Assembly (NCBI GenBank): GCA_036172245.1
Contig: JAYWIR010000001.1
Coordinates: 7,378,001 to 7,442,000 of the forward strand
Length of the DNA stretch: 64,000 nt
DNA from: Raillietiella orientalis
Taxonomy: Eukaryota
Direction of reading: 5' to 3'
Shown: positions 24,601 through 36,600 of the stretch, piece after piece
How positions within the stretch are numbered: the first letter of the stretch is position 1
Layout of the letters: each line of letters begins with the position of its first letter
Position numbers and translations under genes: made by a program
Notes under the pieces: model-generated
What the model saw: the letters and a program-made list of their open reading frames with translations, nothing else
The model's database searches: none
Told to the model about the DNA's origin: nothing

Positions 24601-27600
24601 GGGGGATGTTCCAAAGGCCTCTGCCCCGCCCGCGCGGGATGGATGGACGCGGTCGGGCCTTTTTTTTTTTTTTTAGCTCGGCGCGCCGGACGCCAGCGCC
24701 CACGACGGAAGCGCCCCGCGTCCTACCTTGGTGGAAAATCCTCTGTCGCAAACGGAGCACTTGAAGGGCCTCTCCTTCGTGTGGCTTCTGTAGTGGATTT
24801 CTAAAGCAGAATAACAAGCGAATGTTTTCAGACAGATGTTACAAGTAGTGTTTCCCCTTGCTGGAAGGATAAGAAAAAAAAGAGTCCAAGTCTGGGTCTC
24901 TACAGCTTCACATTTCGGGTTCTCTCTTGGTCGAGGGTGCGCTCCTCGACACGGCGTCCCGCCTTCCCGCTTCCCTGTCCCGCTACGCTCCGCTCCACTC
25001 ATCGCCTCCCCTTCTCGTTAGCCCATTTATAAACGGGATGCTTTAATGATCAGTGGAGGTGGGAAGAGGTGTGCTCTTTCGGCTAGGTAGCCTAGCCCTA
25101 TGAGTTTTACGTTTCAGGATTCTGTTCGCTGAAGGGTAAGTGGGATTTCGCTGTTGTTTTTGTGCGGTACAGATTTTCAGCATCCAGAGAATGAGCTCGG
25201 GTGTGCTCGCATCTTTCTTTCACCTTGGGGAGGGGTAGGGAGCATGGGATAGGAAGGGGGAAAGGGGAAAACTGAGGGTGCACCGCTCAAACAGTCGCTG
25301 GACCCATTCTTTGCTTCCGTTCTTTATCACGACCTTCTCTGTTCCTCCCTCCCCAAAAATAGCGGGGGGATGGGGGAAAACGTGTCAGGTGCCGATGCAG
25401 CGCTAGATCACCTTTCGGCAGTGGCTATTCCCGACGGGAAGGGAAGCGATCGCTCGGGCGGGCTTGCGCACGGGATGCTCTACGCAGCAACAGAAGGTGG
25501 GAAACGCACGTGACGTTTGTTCCAGGAGGAAGAAACCAAAAGGAGGAAGAGGGAAGAAGAAGACAATCGAACGAAACAAACAAACAAACGGACGAGAGAG
25601 CAGATGAAACGGAACACAAGGGAGGAGAAAAGAGGGAGAGAACAAGAACGGATGGGGGTTGGATGAGGTGGGCCGCCACGAAAGCCACAAAACAAAATCA
25701 CTTACTTCTCTGCCCCAGTCCCAAGGGCAGGCTGAGGGGGTTCAGCGCTGGAGCCGACGACCTCGCCGAGTTGGCGAGGGAGCCCAGCGAGGGCTGCACG
25801 AGCTCCGAGGAGTCGCTGGGAGAGAAAGGAAGGAACACGTTCGGTCTCGGGGTGAGGTCTAGAGGGGTGCTGTCCGAGTCGAAGCGACCGGAGGTCGCCG
25901 CCGCAGCCTTGTCGCGTGCGAACAGGTTGACGAGAACGCCGCCACCGCCGCCGCCGCCACCGCCGACTCCGGGGTAGCAGGCAAGCAGGGGGCGCTCCCC
26001 GTCCCTCTCCCCCGAAGAGCTGGAATCATTGTCACTTGGGTCGGAAGAAAACTCCCTTGCGGAGAAGAGTAGGCTGTCGTGGTCTCTGCCGCCGGGCACC
26101 TTCTTGTCCGGAGAGAAGTCGTCGCTGTGCTTGTCGGAGTCGCCGCCGCCGCAAGGGAGGAGGAGCCTGCCTGCAGGATCCCGGGCTGCGGGAGGGGACA
26201 CTGTCCTTCGCGCCGCCTCGGGCGTGGCGGCGTCCGCGCAGGTGGGATCGAACTGGCTGTCCGTCGCCTCCGACGACAGAGGGGAGGCTTTCGCGGAGTA
26301 GGGAGAAGGGCAATGAGTCGGAACGGAGGAGGACCTTTCCGTCTCGTCGCCGCCGCGCGTCAACGCCCCAGCTGCCCTCGCGAAGTGGGACGACGACGAC
26401 GACGACGAAGAAGACTTCCGCGCCGCCGCCGCCGCCGCCGCCACCGCATCTCCCGGCTTGTCCTCGCCGGAGCATTCGCTGTTCCCTGCCACTGCCACAG
26501 GGCACGTCTGGCCTGGAGCGAAGGAGCAGTTCGCCGCTGCCGTCGTCGCCGCAGCTCCCGCAGCCGCCGCGGCCAGCGACCCGTACGCCTGAGGGACGCC
26601 GAAAGGGTTGAAGTTCCCGAACAGCGGGGAGAATCCAGGGAAGCTCCTGATCTCCGAAGCCTCCACCTTCTCCAGGGAGACGTCCATGGGCTCGCCCGTG
26701 TGCTGCTTGATGTGCTGCTTGAGGAAGAAGTCGCCGCTGAACTTCTTGCGGCACACGGGACACTGGTGCACGTTCATCGGGTGCTTGAGGCGGTGGACGC
26801 CCATGTGGGTCTTCAGGTTGCCCTTCGTGGTGAAGGCTCGCCCGCAGATCTTGCACTTGAACGGCCTCTCTCCTGTGTGGATGCGGTAGTGCATCTGCAG
26901 GGCGGACTTGCAGGAGAGCACCCTGTTGCAGATCTGGCACTGGTTGGGGTCCGTGCTCTGCTTCGTCTCCAGATTGTCCACCAGCTGCTGCAGCTTCAGG
27001 GTGGCCGACGGCTTGTCTATTTCGATCAGGTTCTCCCAAGAGCTGTCCGCCGCTTCGCCCGCGGCTGCTGATGCCGCTGTCGGTTTTTTCGAGTGGAAGG
27101 CGGCTGTCAGCTTCGTCACGTCCAGGCTGTTCTGGTAGCACAACCCCGTGTGCAGGACCCCGTGCAGGTTGGCCGGGAGGTAAAAGTTGCCGTAGGGGAT
27201 TCCGAACGGGCCGGAGCCGGACAGGGGGAAGGGGATCTTGTACTCGTGCTTCTGCGGGCCGGAGGTCATCAGACCCACCGACAGGTTGCAGGCCTCGTCG
27301 CACTGGGAGTTTTCCTCGTCCTCCTCTCCGCTCCCGGGTTCCGACTTGGGAACGACGACGGCGTCGCAGCTTATCCTGTCCTCCTGGTGCTTTTTCTGCA
27401 CGATGCTCGTGATCGTGTAGCCCTGCCTGCCGGAGGCGCTCAGGAACTTGCCCTTCTGGAACTGCGTCTCCTGGCTCTGGAAGCTGTCCGCGTCCTCCGC
27501 CGCGTTCTCTTCGTCGGACGAGCTGCAGCTGTCCTTCGGGAAGGAGCCTTCCCTGCTCTCCGGAGCGAGCGGCTTCTCCTCCTTGATCTCCTTGCCGCTC

Positions 27601-30600
27601 AAGGCGTCGCAGGGACTTCCGTCCGACCTGAGCTCGGGCACCTTGCACAAATTCCCGGAGGCGCTCGACTGCAGGAAGCTGGAGTACGACGAGAAGTTGA
27701 GCGGGTTCTTGCTGTTCTTCTTGCTCAGCTCAATCGGGGCTTCTGCGAAACCGGACGCCGTCGCCGCTGCCGCTCCCGCGCCGGAGAGACCGATTCCCGA
27801 TTTCGGCGCGGGATCGCCGCAGTAACCGCTGCTCGCCGCCACCGCCTGCAGGGTGGGCGAAGAAGCCATCCCGGCGTAGGACGGAGGAGAGAGGAGGTTT
27901 CCCTGGTTCTGCTCCTGGCCTTCCAGCTGAGACAGGAGGGCCGGGTACAGCTTGTCCAGGTGCTCGGGAACGGGGTTGGGGTTCATCTTAATGTAGGGGA
28001 ACCTCAGCTGGTGTCGCTGGAAGTGCACTTTCAGGTTCCCCTTCGTTGTGAAGCGGTTCCCGCACACGTTGCACTTGAAGGGACGCTCTCCCGTATGGGA
28101 TCTGATGTGGATCTGCAGGGCGGAGTCGCTCCCGAACACCTTCCCGCAGTAGCGGCATCTATGCTTGAAGAACGCATCGTCTTTCTTGCCGTCTCCCAGG
28201 CAGTTCTTGTTCCTCCCGACGGAGTCCTCCATGAAACTGGTCACTAGGGAGGATCCCTGGCTCGCGATCTTCAGCACCTCCTGGGTCGTCTTCTGCAGCT
28301 GCTCCAGGGAGCTCGGCTCGTTGGGGGAAGGGAGGTCGTAACCGGGGGGGATGACGGAAGTCGCAATGGAATCGTTCAGCGAGGAAGAGGATGTGGAGAA
28401 CCTGGGTTGCTGCTGCTGCTGCTGATGGTGGTGGTGGTGGTTGACCAGGTGATACGCGAAAGGGTGGTGGTGCCCAGCGTGGCAGATGGAGTTCATGCCG
28501 CAGCTCTTGTGAGGAGGGGTGGGGGGCAAGCACTTGGAGTCGGACGCGCGCTCTTGGACCAGGCTGCCGCTGTTTCCCTGGCCGGCCAAGCACTTCATCT
28601 TGTCCCCAGGGTAGGTCTTCAAGCTGGCCGCCGCCGACTGCTCAGAGTCCGCCGCCATCTGCTTGGCGTTCTCCATGACGTTCTGCAGCTGGTACGAGAG
28701 GTTCTTGATCACCTGGTGGAGGATGTAGTTCTCGGAGACGACGGTCTGTATGAGCCTCTGGGCGTCGATCAGGGACTGTGGCAGCATCTGCATGCTCTGC
28801 ATCTCCTCCGCAGAGTACCGCCCCTGACTCTGTCCTCCGGGGGACATCCTGAGGATCGATTCTATGTACTTCTTCCTCTGATTCCTGTCCTCTTCCGAGC
28901 TCTCCCCGGGGTCCAGGGACTCCTCCTCTTCCTCCGAATTGTCCTCGTGAAGCGCGCTCAGCAACATTCCCCGGTTCCTGCCACTGCCGCCACCGCCGCT
29001 GTTGGCGCAGTCATCGGACTTCCGCAGCTCGCTCTCCTCGAAGTTCTCTTGCAACGCGGTGTAGGAGGAGTTCTTCGACCCCGTCATGTCCGAGTCGTTG
29101 CTGACCTGGTTCTCTTCGAGCTCCGCGATGGAGCTGGCGATCTGGCACGCTTCGCTGTGCAACTGAAAATCTTCCTCGTTAAAAAATACTTCCTGACAGC
29201 GCAAGCAGATAAATTTGTTGCTATTCAAAGAGACTTCTGGAAGTACAAGAACATAATCAACGGTGAGGATGGGTTGCGTGGCGTGAACACGGGTAAGGGG
29301 GAGGGGAGAAACTCGCGGTCGCTTTCCCAGCTCTACTGCTGAGTCAGCACCGCAGTGTGAGGTGTGACGGTCGCGAGTTCCTTTTCGCTCGGTGGGAGGA
29401 GGGGTGGGGATCGCATGCTCCAGGTCCCCTCGTCCAGGCAGGTGGAGGAGGCGCGCGCGCACCGAAAGCTCGCCATGACCTCTCCCTCGGGTTGTCGCTG
29501 TGCCCAGCGAGTCAGCCGCCCGCCGCCGCCAATCAGAAAAACCCGGGAAGCGCCACCGTCCAAGGGGTCCTGCGGCAGGGAAGAATTCACGACTGCCTGT
29601 CAGTCCCTCGTCGCCTCCGGCGTGCACACGTGAGCACGCCGCCGAGAATCGCATGCGCTGCTGCTGCCTATGCGCCTACCCTCCGCTCCACCCCCGCACG
29701 TAGACCGAAAAAGAGGGATTGGACGAAGGAGGAAAAAAAAAGAAAGGAGAGGGTCGGGCAGAGCAGCAAAAAGGGGCGAACAGGAGACGGGGAGAAGGTG
29801 GAAAAGGGGAGCCGCGTACAATGCGCTGCATGTACGGCGTACGCGGCACCTTCGGGAGCGGAAGCTCCGGGGAGTCGAGAGTTCAGTGGCGTGCTGTCGG
29901 CTGGCTCTCCCCCCTCCCCTCCCTGCCGGGTCTGGCGGCAGGAAAGTGACTCCCTTGCATCGCGGATCGCGTTCTGCGGGCCACAGTCGTCCCTGGGCAT
30001 CATCCCTGAGATTCCAGAGCAGTCTGGGAAGCCCGGCCCGACTCTCCGCCACAGGAAGCTGAGGCCCCACGGTAGTCTAGAGAGGGGGAGGTCAACTCTC
30101 GACAACCCTACGGCGCGACTCGCCTGCTCGGGAGCGGAATAGGACGGAAAAGCGCCCGAGAAAGGACTGGGATCCGCGGCGGCAAGTCATCGAGCCAGCA
30201 GCCCTCCTGACGGTGGGGGGGAGGGCGCCGTCGAAAGGGAAGGGACGGTATCTGGGAAGGCAGGGACGAACTCCCGGCTCCCGGCCGTCTCAAGGCAACA
30301 GCTTGCTCCTTCCTCATCCGGATTGATTCCGGGAACGGAGAGGAACTCTGTCGACGCTAGCAGGCGAAAGGTACGGAGGAGAAGACTGTGAGAAAAATTG
30401 GTGATGGCTCCATGAGCGCTCTCTTCCTCCACTGAGACAGCGGTCCTCCCTGTAGGTAGCCGTTCCCCTGACCTCCCTCTTTTCCCGCCAACACAAGACC
30501 TCTTCCTTCCCCAGCGATTGAGGAGGGAGGGAGAGAGATTTGTGTGAGCACGCGCACACGAGCTGCTTCGGAAACCCGGTAGGAGACCGTGGAGAGGGTG

Positions 30601-33600
30601 TCTCCTTCGTGAGCAGGCGGGAGGAAGGGGAAGCGAAGGGGATGATGGCAACGGTGCGCAGCTGGCGACCAGACGAGCTTCGGATGCGAATCCGCGGAAG
30701 GGGTGTCCCTCTGGTCCTTTGCTGCATCTGCCGGAGTGGTCTCGAACTTGTGGGAGCGCGTGCGCGCGCACTCAAGGGCAGTCCTCCCGGCAATCGATGA
30801 GGGTGGAAGAAATGAGGAGAGAAGGTGGGTCGCTGCCGAGGCGGAATCGGGATCTCGTCGTTCCTCCTTCCCCCTCTCGCCTCGACTTCGCCAGCGCGCA
30901 GCCTCCATCACCCAACACCAGATTTCTGCACGACCCCGGGAACGGTCGGTCGGTCGTCGCGGCGAAAGAACCGAGCCCAGAGGGAGTCGACCTGCTGAGC
31001 CAGCAGATGAGCCGCGCGCGTGGGAGCAGCAGCAACCGGCAAACGGGAAGGAAGGAGGAGAACGCGGAGAAAAAGAAAAGAAAGAAACGTGCGTTTTCGT
31101 AGCCGGACGGGGAGGAGGGAGAGGGGGTGGCTCACAGACCCCTGCTAAAGGCTCTATGAACGAGCGAGGGCAAGGCGCCGTTGCCGAAGACGCGCGTGCG
31201 CGCGCCCAGCACAGCATGAACAAAGCAATCATCCAGGCATGGAGAGTGTGCTCTTGGATATCCAGCTGGCGGTGCTCGCCACAGCACAGAGGGAGGAGGA
31301 GGAAGGTGGAAAGGAGGGAGAGGGGGAGGAGGAGGAGAAAGTGAGGAAGAGGAACAGAGAAAGAGAGGAGGAGGAGGAGGGAAAGGCTTCTTGCTGTTCC
31401 GCGTTGCTGACAGCACCGGTCCCAAGTTGGCAGCCGCCGCGGCCGCCACTCTCCAGTGGCTTTGCTGTCGCGCGGACTGGTCCTTTGAGAAGAGATCTAT
31501 CCCGACCCCTCTCCCTTCGCGAAACAAAACAAACAAACAAGCAAAAAGAAAAGAAAGGGCGTACGTGAGTTTGAGAGACAGAAAGAGAGGGAGAGGGAAG
31601 AGGCTGCATCTCGAAGCGTCTTAGGTTCTCTCAAGCCGAAAGAGGGCGACTCCTCCAAAACGTGTGACGACTTGGGATATGACGTGACGGGGAGAAGCGC
31701 GCAGGGAGAAGAAGGAAAGAGAGGGAAGGGACGTTTCGCTCGAGACGCTTCTCGCCATCACTCCTTCCTCCCGGAAGGGCTCGTAGCTGCAGCAAGGCTG
31801 GCACCCTGCCCCCGAAGTTGTTATTTGCCCTGCGAAGGGGCTAGAGGAGCTCGAAGCCCCTCCCCATCGCAAGAGGACCCTCCCATTTCACTTCTCCTAC
31901 CTGCCGCTGCGCCTCCGCTTCCGCTGGAGAGCGATGCGGGACCGCCTGCTTTCGAGACAGGAGCGTTCCTGGTCTGAGGATCAGAGAGGAGGGGAAGCAG
32001 AAGGAGGAGAAGGCATTCTCTTGCTTCGTGTCTCCGCGAAGGGCAGACAAGGAGGGAGGGGGGGGAGGAGACCGTTCTGCCAGAGTTTCTGCTCTTCTTT
32101 CGGTTTTCCGGGAGGCCCCTGCGGGGATAGGGGAAAGGAAAAGTTGTGTGAGAAAACTGGAAGAAGTTAGGGCCATAATTGCTGACCGCTATCCTCTCCG
32201 ATCCCATCCCCTCCCTCACACTGCTGAAGGAAATTCTCCCTTTCTCCCTTCGGTGACTTCGGCGTCCTCCGAAGGCTGCTGGTTGCCTGGAGCAACGGAG
32301 GTTTGAACAGCCGCTAAACTCCTCCTGGGAGGGTTCCTTGGAGGTCTCTTAACTCCGGGAAGCCTCTTCCGCTTCCCTCGCCCTTCGTAGGGACCATGGT
32401 AACCCGCCGATGGACGCCACACAGAGCATGCGTCTCCTTCTCCCCTTAACCTTGAGAGCCTCGGTCAAAGCGCCCAGGAAGGGTTACGCGAGCAAAAGAG
32501 AGAGGCGAGGGGGGAGGGGCAAACGCATCCTAAAGGAGCGTTTCGTCCTTTTAGATCCTCTTCCAGAAGGCGCGCGGGAAGGAGCGGCGCCTCCGTCTGG
32601 GAAGTTCCGCTGCAGCGGGTGGCCTTCGCAACGGACGCGAGAAGGCGGGGGTGTCGGCACCTCCCGTTCTCATGGCAGCCCCTCTCGATTTCGCTGGTGG
32701 GCATCACTTTCGCCGGCGCGCAGGCAGACACTCGATCTCCGCGCGCCGGTCGGTCTCGTAAACGCCCCGGCGGGGTCCGAAAGGGCTCTCTGGCGAAAAG
32801 CACTCCCGCTACGGGCGGCGGGGATCACCTTCCCGCGCTAAAAGGGAGGGAGGGGCACCCCCGGGAGCGACCCCCAATTAAACGGAGCAAAACAATGCAG
32901 GGGAGCAGTTTTTCGCTTGCCCGGAAGTGGCGCTTTCGCGTTGCAATCTCCCCGCACCCCCTTCTCTCCTCCCTCTCGTTGCCCGTCGCCGACGGAGGGT
33001 GGAGAGGGAAGTCCCAGTGCAGGAGGGAATGAGAACCGGGAGGAAAGAAGTGGAAGGGGAGAGCACGGGAGAGCGAGCGCAAAGCCCCCCTCACTCTCGA
33101 AGTGGGAGGTCTGGGCGATGGGTTTCCGGGCCAGCTGGCGGGCCCTGGCCGGGAGAGGGTCGCCTCTCATCGAAGAGGGAAAAAGGGAATGAAGGTGGAG
33201 GGAGGAAGGTGGAAAGGACGGGTCGGCATGCACTGATTTTGGCGGTGCACGAGCAACCTCGGAGGACCATGGAGGTGCCCGCAGTGGAGGCTTCCCGATG
33301 CCCTGAGAGCGGGATTCGAAGTGCCATGAATCTCAGCTTCCCTCCCGAAGCGCGCGCATGGGGATGAGGGGGAGGACGATGGCCCGCCCCCGCTCCATTC
33401 ATGCCCAAGAGGAGTCTTGCCTCCCTGTGGGCCGGGGAGGATCGCGCCTTTTCTACCGGTGCTCCGCGAACTCCTTGACCTCGAGAAGAAGAAGGCGAGG
33501 CCCCCAAAAATGTTCGGTGGCACCTTCCCCCCTTCGTTTCCCCTTCCGCCTTGGAGCCTCTTTCCCTCCCCGCACTCGTCCGCACTCGCAACCCCACGCC

Positions 33601-36600
33601 CCGCGCGTGCGCCGCACGCACTCACGCGGAGGTTCCGCACACGCTCCCACTCCGAAGAGACCTGGAGGAGCTTCCTTCTTCCTCCTCCTCCTGTTTCCCT
33701 GTCGGTCGGCCCCCATGCGAGCGTAGCAGGAGCGTCCTCCGCCGCCTCAGGAAAGGAAGAACGGAAGGGGTGCGCTCCCCCGGGAACAGGATACCCTCCG
33801 GCGGGACCGGGACAGTCGCCACCCCCGTGAGAAAGGAAGGGGCGTCGGAGGAGAGACACTCTCTGCGCCCCTTCTGTGTGGCCCCGGAGGGAGGTCACCC
33901 TCGAGCCTGTTCCTTTCCCGAGCAGGGAGGTGTCCCCAGCGGCTCCCCTTCCCGTCTCTCCTGAACACTTTCAGAAGAGCTGCCCAGAGTCCAGGCACAG
34001 CCTCTCCCCCTTTTCTCCCCCTTCTTGCTTGCGCGCGCCGCCCGCGCGGCCCATTACCGCCGGACATCTGGCTTTTCCCTCCTGCCCTTCCCTTTTTGTT
34101 CTCCCCCCTCCCACCCACCCTACCCCCAACAATGGGGCGGCGTCCCCTCTCGCTCCTCGCCGACAGTCCAGCGCGACGAGCAGGATCGAGTGGTCAGCGC
34201 GCTCTTCTCATTCACGGCGGCGGAAGGGCACTCCATTGACCAGAGGCACGGGAGCGGAGAGCGGCGTCCCCCTCCCCCTGCCCCTCCCATTGATCTCCTG
34301 CGCTGCGGCGGAGGCGCGCGTGTTTCGGCCGCTGCAGGAGATGAATGGGGTCGCCGCGGCCGTCGGCCTGCCGGCCGCTGACGGGCAGCAGTGGCGGCAG
34401 ATGGACGGCGGCGACGCGCCGCGCGTAGAGAGAAAGCGGGGCCGAGCCGGACCTCCGCCGCGGAGGGCGACGGTGCGGCCTCTTCCCCCTGCTGCCATCA
34501 AAGGGTCCGAGCGCCAGACAGAAGGCGGCGGAGCAAGGGGGAGGGGAGTAAGAAGAAAAGGGAGCGCGCGCGCCTTTCGGCACCGGGGTTTTCCCGTCCC
34601 CATTCATCGCCGTCTCCGGGACTAGGGAGGAGCACGGGGATGAGCAGGCTGGATGAAACACCCCCCGGCCTTCCCACGCTGAGGGTGGAGAAGGCGCTTC
34701 CCGGGCCCCCTCTTTCAGGAAACGGCGCTCCTGCCGCCAATCCGACAGGGAGAGTTCGCGGCGGGCTCCCTCTCGCTGTTTCCCTGGGAAAGCTCCTGGC
34801 AACGGTTTGAGCCTCCGTGCGCGCGCACGTTCCCGGAAAGGAAGCATGGACGAAGCAAGGAGGAAGAGGGGAGTACGGGGTACGAAGCCGGAATCCCCCC
34901 ACCCCTTTGGCTCAGTTTCCCTCCCCGCCTGAATCTCCCGGCCATACCGTCGTTCCCTCTGATTTCGGTGGCGCCGGCTCCGGGACCGGATTCGCCCCTT
35001 CCCCCTCTACCCCTCTCCGATGGTGGCCCCGGCGGCGATATCCTCTCTCTCTTCCCGTTACCTCCCCGCTCTCGCCTGAGCCTGAGAAACAGAAGGAGGC
35101 GCGCGCGAGCGGTTCCCCCGTCCCCACCCCCGCGCGCTCACCCCCTCCCGTGCTATCGGAAGCCCCAATCTTCCCTCCGCCATTGTTCCGCGCTCTCGAA
35201 AGCGTCGCTCCGGAAAAACGGCGTTTTGTCGCTGCTGCTGGGGGAGGAAGGGAGGGAGGGGGAGGAGACGCGCGAGAGCGAGCTGAGGAGCAGGAAGAGA
35301 GGGACAGGGAAGAAAGAGGCAGGAAGAGGGGAGGAGGGAGGGGGATGATCTCCCGCAGGCCGGACTCCTCCTGCTCTCCTCCCCCGCGATACGCCCTCAC
35401 CCCCCTTCCCCTCCTCCAGAGATGAAAAATGGCGGCCGCGTCATTTTTATGGCCGCGGATCGCTCCGTCCGAGCAGAGCCGCGCGGAATAAAGGGTTGCC
35501 GGGAGAGGTGGGGAGATATTTATTACAGGATGTACCGGGGTCGCGGATTGTCTCAGCGGCCCCGGAATGCTCCTGCCTCCCTTTCTTCTTCTTTTCCTCT
35601 CTCCGCCTCCTCTGGGGTTCCTCTTTTTATTTTTTTTTTTTTTCTTCTTTTTTTTCGGGCGCACCCGCTCGGCTTTTTGTTTTTGCCCTCCTTCCCTCCC
35701 CCCCTCCCTTGTAAAAACAAAAGGGGGAGGACACGCGCGCTTTCTTCGGGTCACGTCTTTCGGGGGGAGAACAATGGTCATCCCTCGGATGACTTGGACG
35801 GAGCTCTCTCGGCCGCACATCGGAGCTGCTCCTCCCTCTCCCGTCCCCATATTTCTTCCCCGAACAATGCCTTCCGATCCTCCCTCCCTCTCCTTCTCTT
35901 CTTCCTTCCCAGCGGAAAAGGATTGGTGCTTCCCGAGCGACGTCTTGCAGCCAGCCGCCGCGAAGGTCGATGACTTCCGGCGGCGGCGGGGCTCGTTCTG
36001 GATTCCCGCACGAGCACCCGTCGGCGTGCCTTCCTTTTTGCCTTCCCCGTTCCCGAGAGGACGGGGGGATGCGACCGGGGAAAGTGGGAGAGGGGAGTGG
36101 ACGTGGACGGACGGACGAAAGCCTCCTCCTCCTCCTCCTCCCGGATGGTGGGGACTCATGGACCGCCTCCGTGAAATCGCGGCGGCAGCGTGAGCTGCAG
36201 CAGCCCTTCTCGCGCGTGCGCTCGGAAGACGCGCCCGCGTCGTCCTCCGCTGCTCCCTCCCTCCCTCCCTCCTCGCCTCCTAGCAACGGCGGCTCGGTCG
36301 CTGCGGGACTCCCCCCGAACCGCTCCGTCATGCGGTTATGACAGGTGCAATGACGGAGCGCCAGCTGCGCCCGCCAATTGGTGGCTGCTGATTGCACCTG
36401 GCTCCTCCTCGGGACCGCCTCGCTCGCTCGCGCGATCTGGACCAGCCGTGCGGATGGCTCCGGCGGCATGGAAACCCTCCGAGGATGCGGAGAGGTAGAA
36501 TACGAGTGGATCCTCCTGCCGCAGGAAGCGCGCGCGGAGGCGGCGGCGGGAAGGCGCGATCGATTTCTTCCCTCTTATCTCCCCCCCTCCTTCCTCCTTC

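Noticed and set aside
25690..25705. 12-nt match (AGTGATTTTGTT, minus strand) to the 3' part of miR-7
   Set aside because: No seed match or hairpin; it is simply the intron 2 donor plus a T-rich tail.
26032..29342. Long antisense and alternative-frame ORFs overlapping exon 2 (e.g. 27093..28247+, 28407..29342+, 26032..27648-)
   Set aside because: Shadow ORFs caused by high GC3 codon usage in the real exon.
29237..29654. ORF-track start MRFSAACS... as the main spalt N-terminus
   Set aside because: A good acceptor at 29237 and a phase-matched upstream exon carrying the conserved MSRRKQ motif explain the gene better.
23356..34678. Scattered Su(H)-type YGTGRGAA sites in introns (e.g. 23356, 23480, ~30387, ~32147, ~33826, ~34671)
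   Set aside because: The motif is short and not obviously above chance in GA-rich DNA; no paired-site arrangement seen.
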